Shown here one piece after another: positions 24,476 to 36,000 of a DNA stretch of 64,000 nucleotides. The translations under genes and the position numbers were made by a program. Source of the DNA: an uncultured bacterium (lineage in GTDB: Bacteria; Zixibacteria; MSB-5A5; JAABVY01; JAHJOQ01); the NCBI GenBank assembly GCA_965369655.1, contig CBDUQR010000001.1, positions 160,001-224,000 of the forward strand. Direction: 5' to 3'. How positions within the stretch are numbered: position 1 is the stretch's first letter; the number at the start of each line of letters is the position of its first letter. The notes below the pieces were generated by a model. It saw nothing but the letters and a program-made list of their open reading frames with translations. It was not told the DNA's origin and did no database searches.

Positions 24476-24602
24476 GGAAATCTCGACAGTCCCGTATATA
24501 AATAATGAAGCTCGTTCGCGGGCGTGATTCAATACCCAATGCGAGAGAGGTATGTTGAATAAGGTAGTTAGTATGGTATATAGAGTGGTCGTTGGAATTC
24601 GC

Positions 24603-24699
24603 CGTCATTGCGAGCGACCGAAGGGAGCGTGGCAATCTCATATTGGGCATCATATTGCATGAACTGAGATCACCACGTCGCTTCACTCCTCGTGATGAC
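24603..24699. repeat. CGTC-tagged REP doublet
   Basis: cgtcattgcgagcgaccgaagggagcgtggcaatctc ... gagatcaccacgtcgcttcactcctcgtgatgacg; same family as 6070-6105. Confidence 0.8.
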
Positions 24700-24748
24700 G
24701 ACAGTTGGCTCTGTAGGTTTTTCAACAAGCCCTAAGAGGGAAGACATC

Positions 24749-25921
24749 ATGCGTATAACAGCATTTATCCTTCTGCAGATCATTTTCACCGTCATGGCTG
24801 CGGCGGGAACTTCAGCCACATTCGAGGAGTCAAAAGCGCTCTCAGCAAAGAGCGGGAAACCGATACTCTTGGAATTCGTGCGCGAGGACTGAGAGTATTG
24901 TGAACTCGCCGCTCGTGAAGCGGAAAGTGAAAAAGATGTCAGGAGTGCCCTAACATATGTTGTACATCAGCCTGTCAATGTTCTTGATGAAACAGGCTCA
25001 CTTCTGGCGGAAGAATACGATGTCGGTACAACATATCCTGTATTCATCCTGACTAATTCACAGGGTGAGATTATCACTCGCTGGACCGGGTACACCGGCG
25101 GAGCACAGGGATTCATCAGGAATCTGCTGAATGCTCTCAAAGATCAGCGGACAATAGCAGAGCGCGTTGAGCAATTCAAGGCTCAGCCGATACTGCTCGA
25201 AGCGGCCGCACTGGCAGGGTTTTTCGCCGAAATCGGCGAGCATCATAAGGCTGTCGAGTATTTCAGACAGGCTGAGTATCTCAGAACCGGATCAGGTGCG
25301 GGATTTTCGTACGACATTTTCAAAAACACAGCCAATGCCGTCTGGAACGAGAAGGCTGAGTATGAGACTGTCTTCCCTGTCGCTGACACTGCGTTGGTTC
25401 TGGGGAAGCGAAATGCTACAAATGTGATCGGTGTTGCAAGGATCATGAGCAGGATGTCGAGGAAATTCGAGCGGACCGACTCTCTGGAAAAATACTTACA
25501 GGTTGGAATCGCTGCCGCGAAAAGCAGTACCGATCCCAAGTTGAACAGATCGCAGTACAGCCTGAGCGCTGATATGGCGCTTCAGATCGACAGCGACACG
25601 GCGCAGGCAATAAGCACAAGAAAGCAGGGTATGGGAGCGAACTGGTCTGACAATCGCGACAAGGCGTTTTCGTTTGCTAAATGGTGTCTCGAGCGGAAGA
25701 TCAACCTTGACGAGTCGGAATCGATTGCGCGCAGGACTGTCAATCTTGTTCACCCAGGTGTGTACAGGGCAAGGGTATTGAGTACGCTTGCGCATATTCT
25801 TGACGCTCGCGGCAAGATCGACGAAGCCATTACGACAGTCGAGCAGGCGATTGAACAAAACCCCGATGATCCATACTATTCCAAACAGTTGAAACGCCTG
25901 AAAGGTGAGACAGATGAATAA
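24749..25921 (+). CDS. Exported thioredoxin-like + TPR protein, probable selenoprotein (Sec at codon 48, UxxC)
   Basis: One frame with a single TGA (24890-24892) in KPILLEFVRED-U-EYC; continues through a YP (cis-Pro-like) strand into ORF 25394..25921; signal peptide; hairpin just 3' of the UGA. Confidence 0.8.
24904..24928 (+). promoter_or_regulatory. Candidate bacterial SECIS element
   Basis: ACT-cg-CCGCT-cgtga-AGCGG-aa-AGT; loop starts 21 nt after the UGA and has G at its second position. Confidence 0.55.
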
Positions 25922-26011
25922 TGGCCGAGCAGGTCGGTGACCCGACACGGACCAAACATCACGCAACTTTGTGCTTTTCTGTCCAGTATTACATATATTA
26001 TAGATACTGCT

Positions 26012-26037
26012 GCAAGTTTGCAGGCATGGTTCGTGTC
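26012..26037 (+). promoter_or_regulatory. ECF promoter motif A before the macA-like operon
   Basis: GCAAGT-N15-GTGTC, 40 nt upstream of the TTG start. Confidence 0.55.
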
Positions 26038-26076
26038 TTGTATGTGGATTCGTGTAACCTGACGGAGGAGTACACA

Positions 26077-27333
26077 TTGAAGAAACCGATATACGCAGTC
26101 ATCGTAGTCGTTGTCATTCTGGTGGGATACTACGGGGTCAATGCCGTTTTCACGGTCTCGACAGAGATCCCGACCGCTCTCGTAACCAGGGGAGAATTCG
26201 TCATCTCGCAGTCTGCGAATGGAAGCGTCGACGCCAAGCGTGCCTACATCATCTCCACGCCACGAGCTCGCGGACTCCAGATCACCTGGCTCGCTCCCGA
26301 AGGATCGATGGTAAACGCGGGCGATCCGGTGGTCAAGTTCGATGCTACCCAGCAGTTGGCCGACCTTGCCGAGAATGAGTCGTCGCTGAAGATCGCCAAT
26401 ACGACGTTAGAGCGCGCCAACCGCGAGTATACTATTCAGGAGAAGCAGCTCAAGCTTGAGTTGAAGAAGGCTCAACGGAACTATGATGAGAAGAAGCATG
26501 AAGCTCCCAAGGTCGCGGAAGAAGCCAGGCTTGAACTTGAACTGGCTGAACTGAATTTCGACGCAAAACTCCAGCAGATCAAGGCGGATGTCGAGAAAGC
26601 CGAACTCCAGGTCCAGCGTGCGCAGGATCGGTTGAATCAGTCGCAGCGAGAAGTCGATCAGACGTCAATCAACGCTCCGATACCCGGTATGGTGGTCTAT
26701 CTCGAAATCTGGAAAGGTGGCACTATGAGCAAAGTCCAGGAAGGAGACTCTCCATGGCCCGGACAGGGGCTTGTCAATCTTCCCGACCTCTCGGAGATGA
26801 TCGTCGATGCCGCAGTGTCGGAAGTTGACGCAAGCATAATTGATTCCGGGCAGCATGTTGTCATCACACTCGACGCATTTCCCGATCAGATATACAGAGG
26901 CGTTGTCGACAAGAAAAGCATTCTTGCTCGACGCAAGGAGCCCGGCTCCAAAATCAATGTCTTCGATGTCGAAATCGACATACTCAATCATGACGAGAGC
27001 GTAAAGCCGGGCATGTCGGCCTCCTGCAAAGTGATTATCGATCGCATCCCTGATGTAATCCAGGTCCCGCTCGAAGCGGTTTTTCAGAAGGAGGGCGAAG
27101 TTGTCGTTTTCCTGAAGAACAATGAAATGCGAGCGGTGCAGGTCGGCAGACGCAACGATATGCTCGTCGAGATTCTGTCTGGCCTCGATGGCGGTGAGCG
27201 CGTATGCTTAGTCGATCCGACTCTCGAGGAGCTTCCCGGGGACAAAGCCACCGAGCCTGAACTGAACAAGGGAAGGCAACTCAACGGCCCCCCGAATAAG
27301 AGACCTCAGGGGGCCAAAGGACGCGGGAAGTAA
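26077..27333 (+). CDS. Efflux periplasmic adaptor (MacA/HlyD-like)
   Basis: TTG start behind GGAGGAG; EGSMVNAGDPVV, coiled coil, INAPIPGMV, KPGMSA, GLDGGERV. Confidence 0.9.
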   Translation: MKKPIYAVIVVVVILVGYYGVNAVFTVSTEIPTALVTRGEFVISQSANGSVDAKRAYIISTPRARGLQITWLAPEGSMVNAGDPVVKFDATQQLADLAENESSLKIANTTLERANREYTIQEKQLKLELKKAQRNYDEKKHEAPKVAEEARLELELAELNFDAKLQQIKADVEKAELQVQRAQDRLNQSQREVDQTSINAPIPGMVVYLEIWKGGTMSKVQEGDSPWPGQGLVNLPDLSEMIVDAAVSEVDASIIDSGQHVVITLDAFPDQIYRGVVDKKSILARRKEPGSKINVFDVEIDILNHDESVKPGMSASCKVIIDRIPDVIQVPLEAVFQKEGEVVVFLKNNEMRAVQVGRRNDMLVEILSGLDGGERVCLVDPTLEELPGDKATEPELNKGRQLNGPPNKRPQGAKGRGK

Positions 27334-27342
27334 TAGCGCGCC

Positions 27343-28644
27343 ATGGATTTTAGCTTTCTTTTCAGCATATCCATCGAGTCGCTCGGCGCTCACAAGCTCA
27401 GGACATTCCTGACAATGCTCGGGGTGATTATCGGCGTAGCCGCTGTGATAGCGATGTTGTCTATCGGCGAGGGCGCGAAACGGGAGGCGCTTGAGCAAAT
27501 AGAGATTCTCGGAATAAACAATGTTATCATAAATGCCAAAGTACCCGAAGAAGACCCGGCATCAGGTATCTCTCTCCAGAGATCGCCTGGCCTCTGTCTT
27601 GCCGACGGAGAGAACATCTCTGAGTTCAGCGAGCTTGTGGCGAATGTTGTTCCGCAAAGATTCGAGCAGATTACAGCAATTAGCTATCGAGGCGCTGAAG
27701 CTCCGGTCCGCGTCGTCTCGACCACTCCGGAATTCGTATTCTCATCATCTATAGGCGTCGAGTACGGACGTTTTATCACGGAGCTCGACTTGACCGATTT
27801 CAGCCAAATATGTGTCCTCGGCTCAAAAGCCAAGCGTGCGCTTTTTGCGTTCGATGATCCGATCGGCGAGTACGTCCGCATTGGAGACCTCGATTTCAGA
27901 GTCGTCGGAGTGATGATGGACAAATACATTGGCCGAGGCAAGGTCGAGGGACTTGAGTTAAAGAATTTCAATGAGGATGTGTATATTCCGCTAACTACAG
28001 CGCAGAAGAAAATCGATCGTGTAGAGAGCACAGGAGGACAGGCCTCATGGCGATTCGTTATAACAACCTCGGAAACGGAAAAGGCATACAACACGCCCGA
28101 GATTGACCAGTTGACAATTACAGTATCTGACCTGAAGTTCGTGCCGACGGTGACGAAGCTGGTCGAGAGGATTATCGAGCGGAGACATGCAGGCGTTGGC
28201 GATTATGAAATCGTCGTGCCGGAGTCTCTGCTAAGGCAATCTCAGAAGACACAGCAGATTTTCAACATTGTCATGGGCGCCATCGCCGGACTGTCGCTCC
28301 TCGTCGGGGGCATCGGCATAATGAATATCATGCTTGCGTCGGTGCTCGAACGAACGCGCGAGATCGGAGTCAGGCGAGCGGTCGGAGCAAAGCGGAATGA
28401 CATCATGAGACAATTCCTGATCGAAGCGGTGACGATATGTCTCCTCGGTTGCACCGTCGGACTCGTGCTTGGTCTTGTAATATCTAAAGCAATTGCATTC
28501 TATGCTGGCTGGCCGACCATAGTTTCAATCTTCTCCATCGTGCTGTCGATTGGAGTCTCATCCACTGTCGGCATAGTATTCGGTCTCTTCCCAGCTCACA
28601 AGGCATCAACGATCAATGTGATAGAGGCGCTCAGGTATGAGTAG
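27343..28644 (+). CDS. MacB/FtsX-like ABC permease (no fused ATPase)
   Basis: LTMLGVIIGVAAV, LLVGGIGIMNIMLASVLERTREIG, ALRYE. Confidence 0.93.
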   Translation: MDFSFLFSISIESLGAHKLRTFLTMLGVIIGVAAVIAMLSIGEGAKREALEQIEILGINNVIINAKVPEEDPASGISLQRSPGLCLADGENISEFSELVANVVPQRFEQITAISYRGAEAPVRVVSTTPEFVFSSSIGVEYGRFITELDLTDFSQICVLGSKAKRALFAFDDPIGEYVRIGDLDFRVVGVMMDKYIGRGKVEGLELKNFNEDVYIPLTTAQKKIDRVESTGGQASWRFVITTSETEKAYNTPEIDQLTITVSDLKFVPTVTKLVERIIERRHAGVGDYEIVVPESLLRQSQKTQQIFNIVMGAIAGLSLLVGGIGIMNIMLASVLERTREIGVRRAVGAKRNDIMRQFLIEAVTICLLGCTVGLVLGLVISKAIAFYAGWPTIVSIFSIVLSIGVSSTVGIVFGLFPAHKASTINVIEALRYE

Positions 28645-28672
28645 CATCTTTTTTTGAAAAGGAACCGTTGCG

Positions 28673-30145
28673 ATGAAAGCACTGCTCGCATTAACCCTGT
28701 GTGGCATGATGTCATTATGTACCAGTGTTCATGCTACGAAACTGACTCTCGAAAACGCGATAGACATCGCACTAAACCGGACATCCCGGGGTGAGATGAT
28801 CCGCGGGAATCTTGAAGTTGCAGAGCAGAACTACTTCGCCCGGAAAATCAATTTCTATCTGCCGGAGATATCGATCAACGGAGCACTGCCTCAGTACACT
28901 GTCGATGAATCATACAGGTTCTTCGGAGGCGCCACAAAGAAGGGTTTGCGAACGACTCGTGAATTGAATTACAGGTCATTCATTCGGCTCAAGCAAAGTC
29001 TCTTGACGGGAGGGGACGTCAGCCTTACGGCTAATCTTGTATCAGGCGACGAGAGATATCCCGATCTGCAGCTCAATCCCGCAACTGGCGAAGTGACAAG
29101 CAGGGGAACTATCGTCGAGGAGAGTCGGCTCGGGGATTTCGAACTTGTTTACACTCAGCCGATCCTCAAACCATCGGAATCGAAGAACAATCTCTACAAT
29201 GCAAGAGACGATTTGTCGACAGCCCGGCTGGAGAGATTGGAGGATGAAGCTGATCTTAAGCGAGAGACAATCGAGACTTATGTCGATCTGCTCCAGTTGG
29301 GAATACAATCGGAGATCATCGCCGACAAGTTCGAATCTGCAAGGCTGGCGGCGGAGATTGACTCGATGAAGCTCTCCGATGGAGTGGTCTCCGACGAGGA
29401 CTGGCTGATTTCGGCTTCTAACAGGCTGGATGCCGAGCTTGAATTCTTCGATATCGAGAATTCGACGTCAGAAAAACGTCGCGAACTGGCTATACTGATG
29501 GATTTCGATCCGGAAACAGAGATGGAGCTTGTCGAACCTGCAGTCGGTGATCGCCTTAGCGAACAAAACAAGAATCGGATGCTCGTATCCTCGGGTAATA
29601 CCGTACAGGTCAGGAAAGCCGAGATTCAATACGCCAGTGCCGAACGACAGGCCGATCATGCTGCGTCGGGACTCGGAATAAACGCCGATCTTGAAGCTAA
29701 GTACAAGACAGGCAAAGGATGGTACGAAACGAATGGCGACCGTCTCGATGTGGACCTCGAAGGCTGGGGAGTCGCGCTCAATTTCTCTTTCCCGCTTTGG
29801 GATGGCGGCGCTGCGGGCGCTGCGGTCATGTCGGCTCGTCTGGAAGCCGAGCAGGCAAAACTTGATCTGTCCAGACAGAGAAAAACCGAAAAAGCTGAGA
29901 TCATCAACCTCGTTAACAAGATCGACGTCAGTTTCAAGCGACTCGAAATTATCAGACAACAGATTGAGCTTGCCCGGAACAAACTCGATATCGCTCAGTC
30001 ACGTTACGACGATGGCCAGATTTCCCGCATCACGTTTCTCGAAAGCAGAGTCTTCTACCTCGAGACCAGGGACAAGTATCTTGAGGAATTGAAGAGCTAC
30101 CTGCTCGACAGGATTCAACTCGACAGCAAATTCCTCGAAGAATAG
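28673..30145 (+). CDS. TolC-family outer membrane channel
   Basis: LTLENAIDIAL, FPLWDGG, RYDDGQIS; operon context. Confidence 0.85.
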   Translation: MKALLALTLCGMMSLCTSVHATKLTLENAIDIALNRTSRGEMIRGNLEVAEQNYFARKINFYLPEISINGALPQYTVDESYRFFGGATKKGLRTTRELNYRSFIRLKQSLLTGGDVSLTANLVSGDERYPDLQLNPATGEVTSRGTIVEESRLGDFELVYTQPILKPSESKNNLYNARDDLSTARLERLEDEADLKRETIETYVDLLQLGIQSEIIADKFESARLAAEIDSMKLSDGVVSDEDWLISASNRLDAELEFFDIENSTSEKRRELAILMDFDPETEMELVEPAVGDRLSEQNKNRMLVSSGNTVQVRKAEIQYASAERQADHAASGLGINADLEAKYKTGKGWYETNGDRLDVDLEGWGVALNFSFPLWDGGAAGAAVMSARLEAEQAKLDLSRQRKTEKAEIINLVNKIDVSFKRLEIIRQQIELARNKLDIAQSRYDDGQISRITFLESRVFYLETRDKYLEELKSYLLDRIQLDSKFLEE

Positions 30146-30244
30146 GTATTATCTCAGGTCATATCGCATAAGCGACACGAAAGCCCCGGCGAACATGAAC
30201 ATGCTCCCAGACAGCAACAGAGACAGGTCGATCGGTGACACATA

Positions 30245-30274
30245 ACAGGCGATCGGGATAACCCGACCGCCTGT
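30245..30274. terminator. Hairpin between convergent tolC-like and astacin genes
   Basis: acaggcgatcggg-ataa-cccgaccgcctgt. Confidence 0.6.
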
Positions 30275-30300
30275 GTCGTGAAGTATCTGGGGGGGATGAT

Positions 30301-32754
30301 CTATTTCATTAGCACCATCTTTCTGGCGTCAGTGTAGTCGCCCGCCGATATCCTGTAGAAGTAGATGCCGGATGATACCGACTCGCCGCCATCGGTCGTG
30401 CCGTACCATGTGACACTGTGGTCTCCTGCCTGCAATACATCATCGATCAGTGTAGAAACACTCTGACCCATGATATTGTAGACCGTGAGAGTCGTTCGAG
30501 AGGTTTTCGGCAGACTAAAGCTGATCTCTGTCATTGGGTTGAATGGGTTAGGATAGTTCTGATTCAGCGTGAAGCTCGTCGGAATCATACCATCAGTAGT
30601 CTGCCTGTCGAACCGTGTTTCGAGCCTTCCTCCGCCCCTCGCGACGGCGATCGAATTGACAAGTTCCAACTTGCCGTCACCTTCGTATGAAATACTAACG
30701 ATGTCGATTCCACCTGCGGGGATCATATTCTGACCGTAGATGTCGATCAGGCCAACCTTGAACACGCCATTCTTCTCACCGAAGAAGACATCCACACCAT
30801 CGACAAGACTCCTTGCCTCCAGTCCGGAGACATCTCCAAAGATCGTGAATTCGAACTGCACAGCCTGGACCTCTCTGTCGGCATCCAGCGACAGCGTGAA
30901 CGAATCTCCGGCGTCGGTATTGTCAATCACTGCCACTGCGGCGCTGCCGACGATCATTTTGGTGGGGGCGGGACCACCGCTGCAGTTTTCCGGCGGTGGT
31001 CCACCGGCGAAGATGTAGTTGATCAGATAGACAGCATCATCGATATCGACCATGCCGGAGCAGTCAGCATCGCCAGCCTCGTAGGGAACCGGCGCCTGGC
31101 CGCCTGCGAAAATGTATTCTATCGAGAAGACGACATCGTCAATGTCTACATTTCCGCTTCCATCGGCATCGCCATCGACATAGCTTCCCTCGTAGTAGAG
31201 ATTCCAGACCGACTGAGTTATGACCGGAAGCGCACATGAAGAACTCTTACTGACAACTCGCGCCGGAGTTTTGCTGGTGGCTGTGACCGGAACGAGAGCG
31301 GGTGCACTTTCGAACAGGTCAAAACTAACTGGTGCGCCCCAATTGAGATCCCAGTCGATTTGCAAATTGCATAAAATGATCGATTCGCCTGGCAGCAAGA
31401 TACCGGGGTCGGGATTGTTACCGTACAGTTCATGCATGAACAAAATACAGTACCGTTTGAGATGATCCGGAGTCCCATTTGTTACCAAATGAATAGAAGT
31501 ATTGCAACCACCCGCTGACAGCTCATTATACCAAGTGTATGATATAGTTCCATGAGATGGCGTCACCTTTGGCAGCTCAATAGGGATCGTGACCATCCAG
31601 AGATACATGTCATCAGGACCGGTGTTAGTAAGACGAATAGTGTATGTGCTTGATCCAATGTTGTTAAGTACGACTTGAGCAGGCAGTGTGACCTGAAGAT
31701 CGGATTGACTGGATGGCCAAATCGGATTCTTGACTGTCAGTAGCGTGTTTTCGTTCCCATTGCTGAAATAGAGGGCAAACTGAAGCAAATCACCGAAAGT
31801 TGGCTGGCAAGGGAATGATGGGTTTTTATAGCCATCGTACTCCCAACTATAGTTGTTCCACGAGATGAACCCTGGATCACTTAACAAGCCGTTGGTCATG
31901 CACACGAGATCAGCAACAGTCAGCAGTATGTTGTCGTAGTTTGGGTCCCACTTATGACCGGTGTAGCCGGAGGGTGCGGGATCGGGATAAAGATTGGTCA
32001 TTGTGAGCATGTCCACAGCACTTAGTCCATCGCGCTGCCCGATCTCATTCTGCCAATACCTGAATGGTGGGAACACATCAATAGTAGGATCGCCATTCTT
32101 GCTGAATGCATCATCGCTGTAGTGCATCACTGAGTTGAAGTCGTATGGGCCGAACACTTCGCCCGGAAAAGTCGAACTGGGCGAGTGGATTTCGAAATTG
32201 TGCATATCGACGGAATCCATGTTTGTCCAGTTTATCCATACGTAGCTGCCGCGATCCTCACGGCTCTGCTCGTGCCAGAGTCCGAGCGCATGTCCGAGTT
32301 CGTGAGCGATGATGAATTCATACGACCAATTGTAGATATTAACAACCTGTTCTCCGCCGATACAACCGACGTACGAACTGTTACCTGTTGAACTTTGAAT
32401 ATGAATGTAGTTGGTATGGGTGTCTAAAGGAACGAAATCTACTCCGGAGACTTCCTCCCAATTGGACATTGCCTGAAGAGCTCTTGCTTGATTCGTCGGA
32501 TTTACATTTGTGTCGAATTCATAGGGGACCACGCCATTGGTCCACAACTGGTTGTACACACAACCGAGTGTCATTTGCTGTTCAAAATCGATAGGGACAA
32601 TGATGTCCCCTTCGATAATCTTGAAGCCTTCAGGTATTCCGTCAATTTTCTCACCGGAACCGGGGGTTCCACCCGCAAATGCGATGCATGTCAGCAGCAA
32701 AATCATTGTCGCTGCGATAGCAATCCTTCCGGTAATTGTTGTTACGAAGTTCAT
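30301..32754 (-). CDS. Secreted astacin (M12A) metalloprotease with dockerin and FlgD/T9SS-like C-terminal domain
   Basis: IEGDI propeptide, HELGHALGLWHEQSREDR, SVMHY Met-turn, paired GDADxSGxVDIDD, QNYPNPFNP...SGIYFYRI...KMVLMK. Confidence 0.92.
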   Translation of the reverse strand: MNFVTTITGRIAIAATMILLLTCIAFAGGTPGSGEKIDGIPEGFKIIEGDIIVPIDFEQQMTLGCVYNQLWTNGVVPYEFDTNVNPTNQARALQAMSNWEEVSGVDFVPLDTHTNYIHIQSSTGNSSYVGCIGGEQVVNIYNWSYEFIIAHELGHALGLWHEQSREDRGSYVWINWTNMDSVDMHNFEIHSPSSTFPGEVFGPYDFNSVMHYSDDAFSKNGDPTIDVFPPFRYWQNEIGQRDGLSAVDMLTMTNLYPDPAPSGYTGHKWDPNYDNILLTVADLVCMTNGLLSDPGFISWNNYSWEYDGYKNPSFPCQPTFGDLLQFALYFSNGNENTLLTVKNPIWPSSQSDLQVTLPAQVVLNNIGSSTYTIRLTNTGPDDMYLWMVTIPIELPKVTPSHGTISYTWYNELSAGGCNTSIHLVTNGTPDHLKRYCILFMHELYGNNPDPGILLPGESIILCNLQIDWDLNWGAPVSFDLFESAPALVPVTATSKTPARVVSKSSSCALPVITQSVWNLYYEGSYVDGDADGSGNVDIDDVVFSIEYIFAGGQAPVPYEAGDADCSGMVDIDDAVYLINYIFAGGPPPENCSGGPAPTKMIVGSAAVAVIDNTDAGDSFTLSLDADREVQAVQFEFTIFGDVSGLEARSLVDGVDVFFGEKNGVFKVGLIDIYGQNMIPAGGIDIVSISYEGDGKLELVNSIAVARGGGRLETRFDRQTTDGMIPTSFTLNQNYPNPFNPMTEISFSLPKTSRTTLTVYNIMGQSVSTLIDDVLQAGDHSVTWYGTTDGGESVSSGIYFYRISAGDYTDARKMVLMK

Positions 32755-32944
32755 TTTCTCTCTCTCCCATTCAAGTCTGTTTTGTGAATTGTCCAGGGAC
32801 TGTCGCCTGGATTGTCCGTGCAGTAACACTCTACTGCAGTTTGCACTTCTTCTCCATCCTGTCTCCTTCCCTCGTAATTGATTGTGAATTTCTGTATCCG
32901 GGTTTCTCATCTCTCATTCCCTCGTTATGTCGTTCACTTATCCC

Positions 32945-32969
32945 AACGACCGGGAATTGCGTTTTCGGA
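32945..32969 (-). promoter_or_regulatory. ECF promoter motif B (TCCGAAAA-N13-CGTT) before astacin
   Basis: Identical boxes and spacing at 37318-37342. Confidence 0.65.
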
Positions 32970-33094
32970 GATAGTGACGAAGAATATTACGAGCAAAGTA
33001 CTCGGGATGGGATTATTCAGTGCGCGCAGCGGCTATGCCGCGACGAGCGTTATTTGAGAGATTCGAGTTGGAGTAGGTCGATATGGCAGGGGCG

Positions 33095-36000
33095 TTATCG
33101 CCAGTCGCCGAGAGCGATAAATGCCGCCCAACTGTATGGATGATCGGCAAGGCCGTTCTTGCGAAGATCAGCTATCCGTTCGAGTTCGATCCTTCTGATT
33201 TTCTCGGCCAGTGTCTCGGTGGTGCAGGAATATAGCTCAGCCATGATAGTAGCAGCGGACTGGTCGGGCACAGACCATAGCGCGCTCACGACGGTTCTTG
33301 CCCCTGCCATCTGAAATGCGCGCCTTAGACCGTAGACTCCTTCCCCTTCCTGGACACGTCCAAGTCCCGACTCGCATGCGGACAACACGACCATGTCGGC
33401 GCCGTACAGGTTCATTCCCGACACCTCGTAGGCCGTAAGAACTCCATCGTCGATCCCGGCGCTGTCTGCGCCGTCGCCGTAATGATTTGCCCCGGCAAAA
33501 AACAAACCTGACTGCAGCAACGGGTTCTCTCCGGCGTACGGTTCCGATCCTTCATTCGCATCGGCATCAGCTTCTGATTCACATTGACCCGCAACATAGT
33601 AGCCGTGCGTTGCCAGATGGATACACCTCATGCCGGAAGCACGAGTTTTCAGTACGTCTTCACTCGCTTCCGCCCCGAGAAAAACGGTGACTGGTTCGAG
33701 AGAATTAGCTTGCCAATTGACTGCGATCTGTTCGACCTCGCGTCTCGTTCCCGGCAGTCTGACTAATTTGATATCACTGAAATACTCACATCCTGAGCGC
33801 AGATTTCTTGCCGCGTAGACATCGCTTTCTGCCGAGACATACGCAGGACTGTCGAGCAAATGTTGTCGCGCATAGACATCTGCGTCGTAGTCTGGATCAC
33901 CGATGGCGAGCAGGCCTGAGCCTTTGATGGCGTCATCTTTTAATCGAATAAGTTCGCGTCCTGTCGCAAGATAATGGATCGAGAATCTCTCGATGAGATA
34001 GTCTCCGCTATCATGGATCAATCCGGAAAACGATATGAGATTCAGCCCGCCGTCTGGAGAAATAAACACCATCCGCCTGTCCGAAGTGTAATCCTCGACA
34101 GGATGCACGAGATGGTGATACAGTTCGCGGGCGATGATTGCATAAGATTCTCTGTCCGGCTGCAGAGGCATGTGCCGCAGCTTCGAGAGTCGGAGCATAT
34201 GCTGACGATATTCGGATATCAACGTATCGATACTCGAAGCCCTGCCGAGATTCAGGGCGACAGGGTCTCTCTCCGAATCGATGACGATTGCCATGTAGTG
34301 TGTGACGCTGGTATCCGACTCTGGCAACCTGTAGTTGTACTTCACATATTCTATGAGCGCTGATCCATCGGGCAGGAGCGATCCGATCCGATCGGCACTG
34401 ATCTCTGTTTGCTGTTCTCTGAACAAGGCACTTCTGCTCAGCAGCTGAGCTTCGAGATCGTCCGCAATCCTGTTCAATGAGTCCATCTGCAATCGCAACG
34501 CCTCTGACTCATAGCTTGCCGCCTGCACGTACAGTTCAGAGATATCAGCTTTGACAGACCTGATCTGCTGCGTGAGTGCTCTGGAAGTCGAATCAGTTGT
34601 CAGCGCTGCAATCTTACGACTTTCAAACATACCGTCAAAGACCTGTCCCTTGCACGCCAGGACAATATCGGCAGCCGCTTTCGCACTGTTCGGGTTATCC
34701 AATCCGGCATCCATGAAACATGACAGGTAGTTGTCGACAGAGTTTCTCAGGTATCCCGCATATGTCAGAGCGTCTCTCTCGGATAGCGTGATCGAATTCT
34801 CAATGAAATTGCTGCGCCTGATCACGCAGGCCCGCATCGCAGCATCAAGGGCATCGGCGTACATGTCCTCCAGTCGAAGCAATGTAGATTTCGTTTCGAG
34901 CGCTCTTGCCACGAGATGATGTTCCGATCCATACATCGCCTCCCAGATACCCTGGGCGAGATTCAACAGCGAGTCAGCCTCATCGTATCTGCACTGATAA
35001 ATCTTGAGCCTTGCCAGATTGTGCAGACAGGACGCAGGAGCGGGATGTTCGGGTCCGAGTATCTCCTGCCATATCTTTAACACCTGATTGTACAGCGACT
35101 CAGCTTCATCAAACCGGGACTCTCTGCTCTGGAGCGACGCGAGGATGAACAATGTCCTGGCGACATCGGGGTGAGTCTCTCCCAGAGCCTCTCTCCTGAT
35201 CGCAAGCGCATGCCTGAAAAGACTGTCCGCTTCGGATCGCTTACCGACTCGCATGCAGACGATTGCGAGGTTGTGCACCGCTGTGCCGACACTCGGATGC
35301 TTCCGGCCAAGTCTGTTTTCTAGGTGCCGGAGCGCCAGCCTGCTGAGTGGCTCAGCCTCGTCGAGTTTGCCGAGCTTCAGATAGAGGCTCGCGAGATTAT
35401 GCCGGACAGTCGCGGTAGATGGATGTTCGGAACCGTAGACTCTCTCGATAACCGGTAGCGCGCGCCTGTACAACGGCTCAGCCTTAGAGTACATGCCGAG
35501 GAACACGTAGATGTCCGCGAGATTGCTGGCGTTCTTCGCCGTTTCGGGGTTGTCTGCGCCCAGAAGTTTCTCCTTGATGGCCAGAGATCGTAAGGAGAGA
35601 TCCTCCGCTTCAAAATACCTGCCGCGATCCATCGTCACGGTCGCCAGATTGTTGAGCAGTTGCGCAACCCTGATATGATCAGTGCCAAAGGCTTTCTCGT
35701 TAATGGTCAGCGAGCGTCTGTAGAGATCTTCCGCCTCACGGTAGTCGCCTAAGTAGTAGCACAAGCCAGCCCTGTTCGTGAGGATCATTGCTACATCAGG
35801 GTGATCCGGTCCGAGCACATTCTGCCTGATTTCAAGCGCTCGTTTCAGGAGCGAATCACTCTCGGCGAATTTGCCCTGTTTCAGCATGGTGATTGCGAGG
35901 TTGTTCAGAATACCGGCTATGTCGTTGTGATCTGCACCGAGACGATCTCTCCTGATCGACAGGGCGCGACGCCAGAGCGATTCGGCTTTGACATACTCCG

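Noticed and set aside
25921-26076. N-terminal extension of the adaptor ORF (and similar extensions at 10650, 13303, 18847, 32910, 45867 and 52337)
   Set aside because: Downstream starts have clear RBSs or fit the family N-terminus; the extensions overlap promoters or neighbouring genes.
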